Assembly (NCBI GenBank): GCA_041659505.1
Contig: JBAZYF010000001.1
Span: forward strand, 189,274-253,273
Direction of reading: 5' to 3'
Source: Parcubacteria group bacterium
Lineage (GTDB): Bacteria; Patescibacteriota; Minisyncoccia; Moranbacterales; UBA2206
Length of the DNA: 64,000 bases
In this document: positions 53,525 through 63,268 of the stretch, piece by piece
Layout: each line of letters starts with the position of its first letter
Position numbering within the stretch: position 1 is the first letter of the stretch
The notes under the pieces: model-generated
The model's database searches: none
Seen by the model: only the letters and a program-made list of their open reading frames with translations
What the model was told of the DNA's origin: nothing
Program-made: the position numbers and the translations under genes

Positions 53525-54712
53525 TTATTTGCCAAACAATTTTTCCATCCGATCAAACGCCCGATTAATATCTTGCGCACTCCGCCCAAAACTCATCCGC
53601 ACATGATTTTTTCCGCTCGGTCCAAAGGCCACACCAGGCACAACCGCCACTTGCGCTTTTTCTAACAGTCCCAGTGCGAAACGCCACGACAAACTATCCG
53701 GACAATCCTTGATCTCGCCAAAATCAAAATCAGTTTTCAAAATGCGGGGAAAAACATAATAGGCACTGGTGGGTTTTACGTAGCTAAAAATATGACTCAA
53801 TTTGTCCAATCGGCGACAAATCAGATCGCGCCTTTTTTCATATTCCCGATTAAAAAATTCGACGTCACGATCCCCCATTTCAAGCGCTCCCATTGCCGCG
53901 TATTGCGAAATGACCGGGGCGCAAGTGACCAACGAATCATGAACTTTCAATATTTCTTTGGCAATACTTTCGTCGGTGTGGAGGTACGCCACACGCCAAC
54001 CGGTCATCGCAAAAGATTTGGAAAAACTGAACAGCCGAATCACTCTTTTGCGCAATTCCGGCAATTCCGCCAGACTAAAAATTTTCTCATTGGAATCGAA
54101 AATAAAATCCTTATATACTTCATCGGAAATGAGATAGAGGTTATGTTTTTCGGCGAGCCGTGCCAGTCCCAAGAGTTGTTCTTTGGAATAGATCGTCCCG
54201 GTCGGGTTGTTTGGATTGCAATAGAAAATTGCTTTGGTTTTTGGCGTGATCGCCGCTTCATATTTTTCTAAGTTAAACGCCCAACCATTTCCTTCATCAA
54301 GTGAAACAAATACCGGTTGGCATCCAGCGAGCAAGATCACTTCGCGGTACGAAGTATAGGTCGGCTCAGGAATAATGATTTCATCACCAGGATTCGTAAT
54401 GGCAAATAATGTTGCTGTAATGCCTTCAATCGAGCCAGCCGTCACAATAATTTCTTTTTCAAAATCATAAAACATCCCCGCCTCCGCCAGTTTCACTTCA
54501 ATTAGCTCGCGCAGTTCAGAAAGTCCCGGAGAAAGCGAATATTTCGCCACCACACCATTTTTGAGGGCCAGTTCCACGCGCCGTTTAATGCACTCTGGCG
54601 TATCAAAACTCGGCACGCCTTGCGCCAAGGAAATGACATCCGGAAACTTAGAAGCCCGTAGTTCCATCTGCTTAATCACAGACAGTCGTAAATTTTTTGT
54701 GCGTTCAAACAT
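53525..54712 (-). CDS. PLP-dependent aminotransferase class I/II
   Basis: NPNNPTG, SDEVY, SFSKSFAMTGWRVAY, PGVAFG..VRMSF. Confidence 0.93.
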   Translation of the reverse strand: MFERTKNLRLSVIKQMELRASKFPDVISLAQGVPSFDTPECIKRRVELALKNGVVAKYSLSPGLSELRELIEVKLAEAGMFYDFEKEIIVTAGSIEGITATLFAITNPGDEIIIPEPTYTSYREVILLAGCQPVFVSLDEGNGWAFNLEKYEAAITPKTKAIFYCNPNNPTGTIYSKEQLLGLARLAEKHNLYLISDEVYKDFIFDSNEKIFSLAELPELRKRVIRLFSFSKSFAMTGWRVAYLHTDESIAKEILKVHDSLVTCAPVISQYAAMGALEMGDRDVEFFNREYEKRRDLICRRLDKLSHIFSYVKPTSAYYVFPRILKTDFDFGEIKDCPDSLSWRFALGLLEKAQVAVVPGVAFGPSGKNHVRMSFGRSAQDINRAFDRMEKLFGK

Positions 54713-54714
54713 AA

Positions 54715-55191
54715 CTAAAAACTATTTAAGCCAGTAATAACAGTTGATTCATTATTCCTTTGATTATCCAGCGCTTCTTTAATTCCTGCAAACAAAGACT
54801 CAGGGAGATTATCATAATCAAACCACTCCCATTTTTCACATCTCAGCGGCTCATTCACCATTGCCTCACCTCCGATATGCTTCCCTTCTAATATTATCGT
54901 TATGTGATGTAACCGATATGGCTCAAGTCGATCCTCTCTCGCCACTAGAACTTTTTTTGACACCTCGATTTCAATCCCACATCCCAGCTCTTCATCTATC
55001 TCTCTGTCGGCAGCGTCAAGCAACTTTTCGTTTTGCTTAAGATGCCCGCCAGGAAAACCCCACTGGCCATAACCAACTTTTGATAACCTTTTTCCAAGAA
55101 GCACTCTTCCTGCGCTATCAAACACAGCCACATCAACACCTATCATAATTCCCTGACCTTCTTTCATGCTTATCCTTACTTCCTGCTCCAT
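54715..55191 (-). CDS. NUDIX hydrolase (MutT/NUDT15-like)
   Basis: Nudix box GGHLKQNEKLLDAADREIDEELG; NEP..C..WEWF. Confidence 0.88.
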   Translation of the reverse strand: MEQEVRISMKEGQGIMIGVDVAVFDSAGRVLLGKRLSKVGYGQWGFPGGHLKQNEKLLDAADREIDEELGCGIEIEVSKKVLVAREDRLEPYRLHHITIILEGKHIGGEAMVNEPLRCEKWEWFDYDNLPESLFAGIKEALDNQRNNESTVITGLNSF

Positions 55192-55371
55192 ATTGATCTA
55201 GTTTTAATTTTTAATCTTATTCCAACTTTTTCCCCAATTTCAACTTCACCGAATTCGCAAAATTTAGCATAGCGGAATCAAGCGCATATTTAGGTTTAAA
55301 TTTGTTTTTTTGCATAAAAAATTTGCTTCATCCTTTCGTAATTATATGCAAAGATAAAGCAAAAAGCAAGG

Positions 55372-56442
55372 TTATTTTTTCAATAGCGCGCCCGAAATCA
55401 ACTCATCCAAAAATACTGGAAAACCCATTCCAGCCTGACGCGCTGCCTCTGGAGCAAGACTGGTCGGAGTCATGCCAGGCACAGTGTTGATGTCGATAAA
55501 ATAGGCTTCGCTATTTTTTTCATCATACATAAAATCCACCCGCGCGAGATCCGCGCAACCGATTGCTTGAAAAGTTTTGATGGCATAAGCTTCCAATTTT
55601 TTCTGAAACTCTACTGGAATCTCTGCCGGACAAATGTGCCGACTTCCTCCGGTTTCATATTTGGCTTTGTAATCATAGAACTCGGAAATGAGTGGAATGA
55701 TTTCTGTGATTGCCAACACTTTCGGATCAGCATTTCCCATCACCGTCACTGTCAGCTCGCGCCCTTTGATATATTGTTCCAAGAGCACTTCCGATCCATA
55801 GCGAAAGGCATCCGCAATTCCTTTCTCCAATTCCGTTTCAGTTTTCGCAATAGAAATTCCGACCGATGATCCCAGTTCTGCCGGTTTAATCACAACAGGC
55901 AAATCGATCTTTTCTAAAATATTTTCTAGCGTATAATTTTCTTTTTTCAAGACCAGATCTTTCGCAACACTGACACCAAAATTTTTAGCAATTACTTTTG
56001 CTTTTGGTTTATTCATCCCTAGCGCATGCGCCAAAACTCCGGAAAAAACATACGGAACACCCAGCATATCCAGCATCCCCTGCAAACGTCCGTCTTCGCC
56101 AAACGGCCCGTGGATAAGCGGGAATACTCGATCAATTTTTTCACCAGAAAGATCACCTTCGGTAAAATTCAAAAGACTACGCTCTCCCCTTTGAAGAGTC
56201 ACCAAGCTCTGAGATTTCTCGAGACTGATCGCACCTTCCTTACCAAGTTTATCAGAATTATTTTTCAGATACTGCGCGCCTTTTTCTCCGATCAACCAAT
56301 TTCCGCCTTTTGTAATTGCAATTGGAATGATGCGATATTTTTCCTGATTAAGGTTTTTCATTACCGCCTGCGCCGAAGAAAGGGACACTTCATGCTCGCC
56401 AGACTGACCACCAAAAATCACCGCGATGTTTATTTTTTTCAT
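55372..56442 (-). CDS. ddl: D-alanine--D-alanine ligase
   Basis: FGGQSGEHEVSL, HGPFGEDG, GSSVG, FYDYKAKY, INTVPGMT; start corrected to MKKINI. Confidence 0.95.
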   Translation of the reverse strand: MKKINIAVIFGGQSGEHEVSLSSAQAVMKNLNQEKYRIIPIAITKGGNWLIGEKGAQYLKNNSDKLGKEGAISLEKSQSLVTLQRGERSLLNFTEGDLSGEKIDRVFPLIHGPFGEDGRLQGMLDMLGVPYVFSGVLAHALGMNKPKAKVIAKNFGVSVAKDLVLKKENYTLENILEKIDLPVVIKPAELGSSVGISIAKTETELEKGIADAFRYGSEVLLEQYIKGRELTVTVMGNADPKVLAITEIIPLISEFYDYKAKYETGGSRHICPAEIPVEFQKKLEAYAIKTFQAIGCADLARVDFMYDEKNSEAYFIDINTVPGMTPTSLAPEAARQAGMGFPVFLDELISGALLKK

Positions 56443-56455
56443 AAGTTTTAACAGA

Positions 56456-56845
56456 TTATCTTTTCTTCTTAATTTCCCGCAAAACCTTTCTCGCCACTTC
56501 AAGATACTTGGGAAATTTGGCATAAAGATCATTGGCCATTTTTTCCGAATACGTATGCACCGACAAATTGCGATCATCCGTCATAGAAAGACAGGTTTCA
56601 ATTTCTTCTTCACTCAGTTCCAAAATATTTCGTACTTCGCGGAAACAAGCCTTGGGCGATGCGCATTCGATACTTTCGAGTTCTTTCAAATAAATTTTCA
56701 CCACTTTCCAAAAAAGCTCAAAAGAAAATTCATAGCGTTGAATTGTAGCGTCACGATTAAGGTCATTAAAAGGTGCGTCCAGCGCCTTTTTCCAAGCAGT
56801 TAGCGCTTGTTCTAATTGCCCAATTTTTTCGCCTAAATAAGCCAT
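56456..56845 (-). CDS. HEPN-fold nucleotidyltransferase substrate-binding protein (HI0074 family)
   Basis: RDATIQRYEFSFELFWK, SPKACFRE, RNLSVHTY (Rx4H). Confidence 0.88.
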   Translation of the reverse strand: MAYLGEKIGQLEQALTAWKKALDAPFNDLNRDATIQRYEFSFELFWKVVKIYLKELESIECASPKACFREVRNILELSEEEIETCLSMTDDRNLSVHTYSEKMANDLYAKFPKYLEVARKVLREIKKKR

Positions 56846-57117
56846 ATTTTTTTCTCATTTAATAATTTAGCTTGAAAATTTTCATCTGCTTTTTTGAGAT
56901 AGACCAAATCAACTTTATAGGGTAAATGTGATTCCTCCAAATCTTCCTTCGCCAGGGCAATTGCTTTTTCATCGAAAATATCGCCTGAAATGGCCACATC
57001 AACATCGGAAAACATGCCCTCACCCAGACTGGAACCAAACACAAAAAACTTGGCCTCACCGCCCAGCCTCTTTCTCAAAATAGCGCTGATCTGTTTTTGA
57101 TATTTTTCCTCTAACAT
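56833..57117 (-). CDS. Minimal nucleotidyltransferase (MNT, HI0073-like)
   Basis: FGS..SDVD, LPYKVDLV; overlaps the HEPN gene; extended -10 TGcTATAAT just upstream of the ATG at 57117. Confidence 0.88.
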   Translation of the reverse strand: MLEEKYQKQISAILRKRLGGEAKFFVFGSSLGEGMFSDVDVAISGDIFDEKAIALAKEDLEESHLPYKVDLVYLKKADENFQAKLLNEKKIWLI

Positions 57118-57160
57118 AGTCTTGCTTTGATTATAGCAAATAATAGGCAAAAATCAACTA

Positions 57161-57190
57161 AAATCCACCCCCTGCCTAGAGGGTGGATTT
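57161..57190 (-). terminator. Probable intrinsic terminator
   Basis: AAATCCACCC / GGGTGGATTT stem followed by T residues on the minus strand. Confidence 0.55.
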
Positions 57191-57224
57191 ATCTTTCGTT
57201 ATGCCGTAAATTTCAAAAAATTTA

Positions 57225-58046
57225 CTAGTTATTTGACGCTTCCGCACTATCTTTGGCAAAAGCCTTTCGCAGTTCAATCCTGGCTTGCTCCATCGTTGTT
57301 TTGAAATTAGAAAGAGCACTTTCCACAACACCTTTTCTGGTTGCAATCAGCGCTGCCACTTGCGTGTTGACTTTGGCGACACTCTGCTTGTCTGTCTGCG
57401 TTTTTGTGCGATTAGCTTGCATACTTTTTTTGAAATTTGCCATCACTGTTTTCGCGTCAACTCCCGCCACGCAATCAGCTTTGGCTTTCTCCAAAAGCGC
57501 CTTGCGCGAATCTGCCGTCACGCTCAATAATTGATCTACCTGGCCATTTCTAGTGGCAATTGCCGCCTGTACACCCTCTTGAAATTTACTAATCGCTCCG
57601 TCCAAAATTCCCCGCCGTGTTTCGATTGCCGCGCGAACCTTGGTTTCAAAATCGGCTACCGCTTTTTTCTGCGCGTCAGTCATTGCTTTCGCTTCCAATG
57701 CCTTAAATTGGCCGTCGCGGTTAGCATCCCAAGCCTCTCGGTTAGTGTTTAATTTAGCTTCGATTTCCGCTTTTTTGGCTGTCCAATTCGTCAATCTTTC
57801 TTGACTCCTGGTCTGAAGCTTATTTTCTTCACCTGCCATTTTCTGAGCGAACGCATCGGCCCGCTCTGCAATTTTTTCACAGATATTGTCATTTACCGCC
57901 GCTTTTTTGTCGGCTATTTTTTGCTGGACATCCGATCTCCCGCTCCCCCCATTTGTAGCGTCACTGACAGCCCAAGCATTGGCGGAAAAAAGCAAACCGG
58001 CAACAACCGCTAACGATAGGGTTTGTTTATAAATTAGTTTGATCAT
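57225..58046 (-). CDS. Secreted alpha-helical/coiled-coil hypothetical protein
   Basis: Signal peptide ending ANAWA; Ala/Lys/Glu-rich. Confidence 0.7.
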   Translation of the reverse strand: MIKLIYKQTLSLAVVAGLLFSANAWAVSDATNGGSGRSDVQQKIADKKAAVNDNICEKIAERADAFAQKMAGEENKLQTRSQERLTNWTAKKAEIEAKLNTNREAWDANRDGQFKALEAKAMTDAQKKAVADFETKVRAAIETRRGILDGAISKFQEGVQAAIATRNGQVDQLLSVTADSRKALLEKAKADCVAGVDAKTVMANFKKSMQANRTKTQTDKQSVAKVNTQVAALIATRKGVVESALSNFKTTMEQARIELRKAFAKDSAEASNN

Positions 58047-58356
58047 AAGTATTGCTTAAATTATTAGACTCCGCGCTATCATCAGTTAGTGCTTTGACAT
58101 CAGCCTCATCGCTGGTTGCCTGGAGTTTCTCATTGTCCGCTCCGCTGATTATCGCATCAACAGTGTTGTCCACTTCGCCAGTCGGCGCAGGTGTTTTGAT
58201 TTCCGCCGTATCCATTGTCTTTTTTACTGCCGGATTTTCCGCCGGCTTTTCCGCTTGCTTTTGCATCGGTGGGTTAGTCGTCACGTCCTTAGCACCGCAT
58301 CCCGCGAGCAAAAAAACGCTCGCGCCGAGGGCTAGTGTGATAATGTTTTTTTTCAT
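58027..58356 (-). CDS. Lipoprotein, unknown function
   Basis: MKK plus hydrophobic stretch plus LAGC lipobox. Confidence 0.75.
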   Translation of the reverse strand: MKKNIITLALGASVFLLAGCGAKDVTTNPPMQKQAEKPAENPAVKKTMDTAEIKTPAPTGEVDNTVDAIISGADNEKLQATSDEADVKALTDDSAESNNLSNTYDQTNL

Positions 58357-58442
58357 AGAATTGTTTTGTGTTTAGTTGATTACTTAAAACCTCCTTATTC
58401 AAAGAGCATCGACCAAACGCACTTTGTTATTTTTTTTCAAAA

Positions 58443-59060
58443 TTATTCAATACAACAATCGATCGCTTTTCTAACTAACTCGCCCAACTTTCCCATGAAA
58501 CCACTTCGCTCAGTAACGCTTGCGGTTTTTGCCGAACCTGCGACTGACGAATTATTTATTTGAGCCTGCGGAATTTCTGCTGATTTGTTTTTCTTGTCGT
58601 CATGTCTGTTCAGTGCCTCATCATCAATTTTTTTGATATCCCCGGTGTTGATTACTTTCATGTTAATCCCCCAAAACAACGAGTATAAATCATAGGCTTT
58701 TTGAAAAAGATCTTGCGCTTTTTCTTTTCTACCCATCCCCTGTTGCTTCGTCCCCACTTCCATTAGCCTCATTGAAGCCGCCAGCAAGTGTTTTGAAATG
58801 CACCATTCTTCGCCTTGTGGATCTTTGACAATTTCTCGCAAAAGTTCTCCACGCATTTTCCGCGCCTCTTGCAACAAATCAAAATATTCCGGTTTTTGCA
58901 ATTTCGCTCCCGTAAAAAAGAAATGCTCTTCAATACTCACCAAGTTCATGATAGCAATCGACAAATCCTGATCGGATGAGAGATCCATCTTATCCTGCTT
59001 TTTCATCTGATCGATCTTTTCCACGAACTCATTAAGACTGCGGATTTTGTTTTCTTCCAT
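58443..59060 (-). CDS. Hypothetical helical protein with WCISKH and terminal DCCIE
   Basis: Continuous ORF; start set at MEENKI because the upstream extension is a TACAAAT tandem repeat. Confidence 0.7.
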   Translation of the reverse strand: MEENKIRSLNEFVEKIDQMKKQDKMDLSSDQDLSIAIMNLVSIEEHFFFTGAKLQKPEYFDLLQEARKMRGELLREIVKDPQGEEWCISKHLLAASMRLMEVGTKQQGMGRKEKAQDLFQKAYDLYSLFWGINMKVINTGDIKKIDDEALNRHDDKKNKSAEIPQAQINNSSVAGSAKTASVTERSGFMGKLGELVRKAIDCCIE

Positions 59061-59277
59061 AATTCTACGAATTACAAATCTGTACAAATTTACAAATATA
59101 CAAATTGCAATATTATATTGCTAATTATAAAGGCTTGCTATTTTTCGTTCAAGAAAATTCTTGACGTTCGACTTTTTTAGCATCCAAAATTTTAGTAGAC
59201 CGGCAGAACACCAACCAAAATGCGGAAACCGCGCTATAAAGAATTTACTTGGACGGAAAATAGCAAACTACACTTTC

Positions 59278-59796
59278 TTAGCTTCGAGTTAAAAAATAAA
59301 ATGCAATACTCAAAAGCAAAAGAAATCCTACCGGAACAGCCACTTTTTGAAAAGGAAAATAGACTTTATTATTATTATTTTTCTTTAATTTAAAATGCCA
59401 CATTCCGCCGAAATAAAAAACTACACTCCCGAAAATTATGCCCAAAAGCAGTTTGTCCACGCCCCAAAATGTGTGATAGGCCTGCCCCATCAGTCCCACA
59501 AAATAGAGCGGGATGATAGTGAGGAGATAATAACCGGCGTAGACTGTGAGAGCTTCTCCCCGGAAATTAATTTTTTTCTTTTTCAACCATTCCAATGTCC
59601 AAGCCGAAAGCCCGACCAAGAGCGCTCCAATCCAAAGTCCCGTCACTGTGTCGTCAATGCCGAGATAATGCGAAAGCTCCAGTCCCGCACCCACCGCCAC
59701 CACACAAACCGGACAAAATGCTTGCACAGAAAATGTTGGCATCAGCATTAATCCAACCAGTAAAAATATTTTTTTAAGTCCTGCACTACTGCGCAT
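59278..59796 (-). CDS. Multi-pass membrane protein with N-terminal CPVC
   Basis: About five hydrophobic helices; AFCPVCVVAV. Confidence 0.75.
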   Translation of the reverse strand: MRSSAGLKKIFLLVGLMLMPTFSVQAFCPVCVVAVGAGLELSHYLGIDDTVTGLWIGALLVGLSAWTLEWLKKKKINFRGEALTVYAGYYLLTIIPLYFVGLMGQAYHTFWGVDKLLLGIIFGSVVFYFGGMWHFKLKKNNNNKVYFPFQKVAVPVGFLLLLSIAFYFLTRS

Positions 59797-60151
59797 TAAT
59801 TTTATCTTTGAAAAAATTGATTATTTCATCCTGTCCAAGATAGCACTTTTCCGCCGTCCAAAGAAATGGAACTGCTCCGATAGAATCTTTGGCCACTTGG
59901 CACTCCTGTTGTTTTTGAATCATCAGATTAGCGCTCGCCTTATCGCCCCCCACTTCGTGCTGCGAAAAACTGACCTTATCTTTGACATTATTATCCGCGA
60001 TATATTTTTCTACCACGATGCAATGCGGACACTGCGTGCTGTAAAACAAAATAATCGCCGAATTGTCCGTCACCGTCGCTGGCGGATTGCCGCAACCGGA
60101 AAAAATTAACAACACAAAAAACAAAAAAACACCCAAAGTAATTTTTCGCAT
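59786..60151 (-). CDS. Thioredoxin/glutaredoxin-fold lipoprotein
   Basis: FSGC lipobox, FYSTQCPHC, cis-Pro motif AVPFL. Confidence 0.8.
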   Translation of the reverse strand: MRKITLGVFLFFVLLIFSGCGNPPATVTDNSAIILFYSTQCPHCIVVEKYIADNNVKDKVSFSQHEVGGDKASANLMIQKQQECQVAKDSIGAVPFLWTAEKCYLGQDEIINFFKDKINAQ

Positions 60152-60338
60152 AAAAACAAAATTAGTCCGAATTAATAATACAAACTCCAAAATTTACTCC
60201 AGTTTACCAGCCTACAACAAATCATAAATAAGTTAACCAACGAACTCGTCCGCTGTAGCCTTAGCGAAGGCGGATTAAATCCTGACGTTCTAAATTATAC
60301 CAGTCACCAGCTTATCCTGCAACCCGATAAGAATACAC

Positions 60339-60381
60339 GTGGGATTTACGGGCTTGCCAAAAGCAAGTCCGTAAATCCCAC
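60339..60381. repeat. 19-bp-stem hairpin
   Basis: GTGGGATTTACGGGCTTGC-caaaa-GCAAGTCCGTAAATCCCAC. Confidence 0.7.
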
Positions 60382-60388
60382 TGCAAAC

Positions 60389-60426
60389 AAAAAAACAGCC
60401 CCGATTGCTCGGGACTGATTTTTTTT
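60389..60426 (-). terminator. Intrinsic terminator after the RRM gene
   Basis: CAG.CCCGA / TCGGG.CTG stem flanked by A and T tracts. Confidence 0.7.
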
Positions 60427-60444
60427 CAGCGTTTCAAAGAAATA

Positions 60445-60768
60445 CTAGTATCTCCTTGATCCACCAAAACCACCATCGCCGCCGCCTGGTTTTCGGAAAC
60501 CACCAGTTCTTGGTCTTTCCTCCATTGGGCGAGCTTCATTAACAGTCAAAGTTCTTCCTTCGAACTCTTTTCCGTCAAACATTTCGATAGCTTTTGTAGC
60601 TTCTTCGTCAGAAGCCATTTCCACAAAACCGAAACCCTTTGAACGACCAGACATCTTATCAGTGATGATAATAGCTGTCGCAACGGCTCCTGCTTGAGAG
60701 AAATAATCTTTCAAGCCGTCTTGTGTTGTACTGTAGGAGAGTCCTCCCACGTATAGTTTTTGTGCCAT
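60445..60768 (-). CDS. RRM RNA-binding protein
   Basis: RNP2 LYVGGL, RNP1 KGFGFVEM, Gly-rich tail. Confidence 0.95.
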   Translation of the reverse strand: MAQKLYVGGLSYSTTQDGLKDYFSQAGAVATAIIITDKMSGRSKGFGFVEMASDEEATKAIEMFDGKEFEGRTLTVNEARPMEERPRTGGFRKPGGGDGGFGGSRRY

Positions 60769-60905
60769 GTGTTTGCCTTATACTTAAATTACATTGCAAG
60801 CCGACCTTCTCTTTTAGCTTACTTCTCTGAAACTGACGTTTCAAGATCTTTGTCCTTAGATTCACATATAAGGCAAAACCTACTGAGAAAACTTACAATA
60901 GGTCT

Positions 60906-60934
60906 ATTATACACCTAAACACGAAAAAAATCAA
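60906..60934 (-). promoter_or_regulatory. sigma70 promoter of the RRM gene (implies a ~130-nt 5' UTR)
   Basis: TTGATT, 17 bp, TATAAT. Confidence 0.55.
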
Positions 60935-61186
60935 GTGGTAGGAGTCAAAATGGCTCATTATCGACTTTTTGTTCTAATGGCGGGGAAACAAGCGTTTAAT
61001 CTACTATCTGTTGATGTAGACAAAAATTTGCGTTTTTCTTTTCACCGCCGCAGCGCTTGTCACCGGCAGTTATCTTTTCTCTAAGATTGAGGTTTAGAAA
61101 ATTTTGCAAATTAAATAAGGCAATCGGAAATTTAATTTCCGATTGCCTTGCGACTTGTTTTTTGTATAAACGCTCCTCTCTTATAA

Positions 61187-61552
61187 TTAGCTGGAGGAAT
61201 TTTTCTTTTTCCAGTAATAACAATCTCCCGGAGATGCTCTGTATATTTTTTTACAATGCACCCCACACTTACATTCTTTGTGAGGTTCATCATTTTCTGA
61301 TATTCCAAAATAGCATCCAAATTTTTCAGCGCCTGTGTCTTTCATTTTGTTTTCCGCTTTTGATTCATTTTTCCACACATCAATCGCATTCAAGGTCATT
61401 GATATTTTTCTTTCCGCAGATGCCCTGAAATCTTCCCAGAAAGTTTCTTTGCTAGTTTGGCCTTCTTTGTATGCTTCCAATAATACGCAAAGGGAGTCCC
61501 TTACCTCTGTTGAAATTCCTTCAATCAGTCGATCTATTTTTGTTTTCATCAT
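61187..61552 (-). CDS. Hypothetical protein with Cys-rich C-terminus
   Basis: GGAGG SD upstream of the ATG; C..CxCxxxC..C. Confidence 0.5.
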   Translation of the reverse strand: MMKTKIDRLIEGISTEVRDSLCVLLEAYKEGQTSKETFWEDFRASAERKISMTLNAIDVWKNESKAENKMKDTGAEKFGCYFGISENDEPHKECKCGVHCKKIYRASPGDCYYWKKKNSSS

Positions 61553-61576
61553 AAACCTCCTATTTCGTAAACGTTT

Positions 61577-62341
61577 CTACAACCTGTCCCACATAAAATC
61601 CAGGTACATCTTAATCGCTTGAGCGATAGACGCATCTTCGATGACAGTCGCGGTTTTGCGGTCGTAGGAAATAAGCGCTGTGACTGCTCCGGAAATGACC
61701 ACGTCGGCAGAAATTTTTATTTCCGGCAAAAGAAATTTAGTGTGCGCGATGCCCTTGGCCACGTGAGCAAATTTGTGATTAAGTGGCGTGTCTTCCAAGA
61801 TCATGCGATAGAAAATTTTTCGCTCTTTAATCTCTTGGAAATAGGCCAGCTCGTCTCTTTCCGAGACAACTTTGGTCGCCGTTTCGTAGGATCCGCAATT
61901 GATGACAGAATGATGCTTGAGAATGTATTGCTCAAAAACCTGCTCAATTCCTTCCCTCCCTTCGAAGAATTTGATTTGCGGTTTATTTTCTTGACTGATA
62001 TCAATCATTTTGAGCATTGGCAAAATGGTATTTTGTAAAAGTTGCATTTCCAATTTTGTTTCTGCTTGCCTCTCGATAACCAACTTTTCCAGGTTTTGCG
62101 GATCTTCCGCCACAAACAATTTCTTTTTTCCTTTGCGACTTTCCGCCACGAGTCCCTTAAGCTTCAACTTATCCAGCGCCGCATAGATGCTCACGCGGTT
62201 CACTCCTGATGCCCGCGAAATATCCTGCACAGTCGATGCACCGTTTTCCAAAAGAGCCAGGTAAGCAGCCACTTCTTTCTCGGTCAGTTTTAATTGTAAA
62301 AGAGCCACTTCTAACTTTTGCGGCGTTTGTTTCTTTCTCAT
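61577..62341 (-). CDS. TrmB-family transcriptional regulator
   Basis: LTEKEVAAYLALL..IS..SGVNR..IY..L..L..KGLV wHTH; PQIKFFEGREGI. Confidence 0.88.
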   Translation of the reverse strand: MRKKQTPQKLEVALLQLKLTEKEVAAYLALLENGASTVQDISRASGVNRVSIYAALDKLKLKGLVAESRKGKKKLFVAEDPQNLEKLVIERQAETKLEMQLLQNTILPMLKMIDISQENKPQIKFFEGREGIEQVFEQYILKHHSVINCGSYETATKVVSERDELAYFQEIKERKIFYRMILEDTPLNHKFAHVAKGIAHTKFLLPEIKISADVVISGAVTALISYDRKTATVIEDASIAQAIKMYLDFMWDRL

Positions 62342-62627
62342 GGCATTAGTAAGTTAAGATACACCAGATTGGAACGATCACCAAGGCGATGTATACAAAT
62401 TATATTAATTAAATTCACAATTGGCGATATTTTGGCTTGTTTGTTGGTTATTTTGATTTTAATAATGTTGTAAATGGGTTGTTTACAAATTAGCATGAAG
62501 TCACATTAAAAACAAGTCTAATGTTAAAAAGTCTCAAATAGAATTGTACACAGAAGAGTAATGGAAAAAGCCTAATAAAAACTGTCATAAAATAGACACA
62601 ACCCTTCTTTACTGGTAAACTATATTT

Positions 62628-63230
62628 ATGGAAACATTCTTATCAACAATTACTTCTGGCTATCCAATACCAACTTGGATCGTAAAAGTAGCTCTAATTA
62701 TTTGGGCTGTTTATATTTTTGTTGGAATAGTACTTCGTATTTATAAATTTATTGAAAAAACAAACAGCTCTATTTGTTTATTTAATGAAGTTAAAAAAGA
62801 ACTGAAATCATTAGGTGACAAGCATTCCAAGCTACTGGAAAAATTCAACACGCTTATCGCTGCGCTAGCTGAAAAAAACTCGCTCGATAATCCAGATTTA
62901 TTTTCCACAAATAGCCCACTGAATCTCACTCAAAAAGGAATTGACTTTATTGAAAATGTTGGATGGAAGGCATCGCTTGAAAATGAAGTCAATAAGAAGA
63001 TACTGTTCGATTCATTGGATAAATTCAAATTGAAAACAAAATATGACGTTGAAAAATATTCAATCGTCTTACTTACAGAGCTAGCGGGAATGAGAAGTGA
63101 AAATCCCTACACTCCCGTAAAAAGATACCTTTATGAAAATGCCAAGCAGGATGATTTCAAAGTATTAACCGCTTGTGCCATATATCTCAGGGATAAATAC
63201 TTAGAAAGCCATCCAGAAATAAAAGACTAA
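62628..63230 (+). CDS. Hypothetical membrane-anchored protein
   Basis: Only substantial + strand gene; N-terminal TM helix, coiled coil; AT-rich. Confidence 0.7.
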   Translation: METFLSTITSGYPIPTWIVKVALIIWAVYIFVGIVLRIYKFIEKTNSSICLFNEVKKELKSLGDKHSKLLEKFNTLIAALAEKNSLDNPDLFSTNSPLNLTQKGIDFIENVGWKASLENEVNKKILFDSLDKFKLKTKYDVEKYSIVLLTELAGMRSENPYTPVKRYLYENAKQDDFKVLTACAIYLRDKYLESHPEIKD

Positions 63231-63254
63231 ATAGCCAGAACGTGGCTATTTTTT
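63229..63254. terminator. Bidirectional terminator between convergent genes
   Basis: AAATAGCCA / TGGCTATTT stem plus T tract. Confidence 0.6.
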
Positions 63255-63268
63255 CTTGCTACCAAAAT

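Noticed and set aside
56443-56577. N-terminal extension of Ddl, and similar track extensions at 13868, 21162, 57150, 59087 and 60190
   Set aside because: They overlap neighbouring genes, promoters or repeats; family or paralog homology starts at a later ATG
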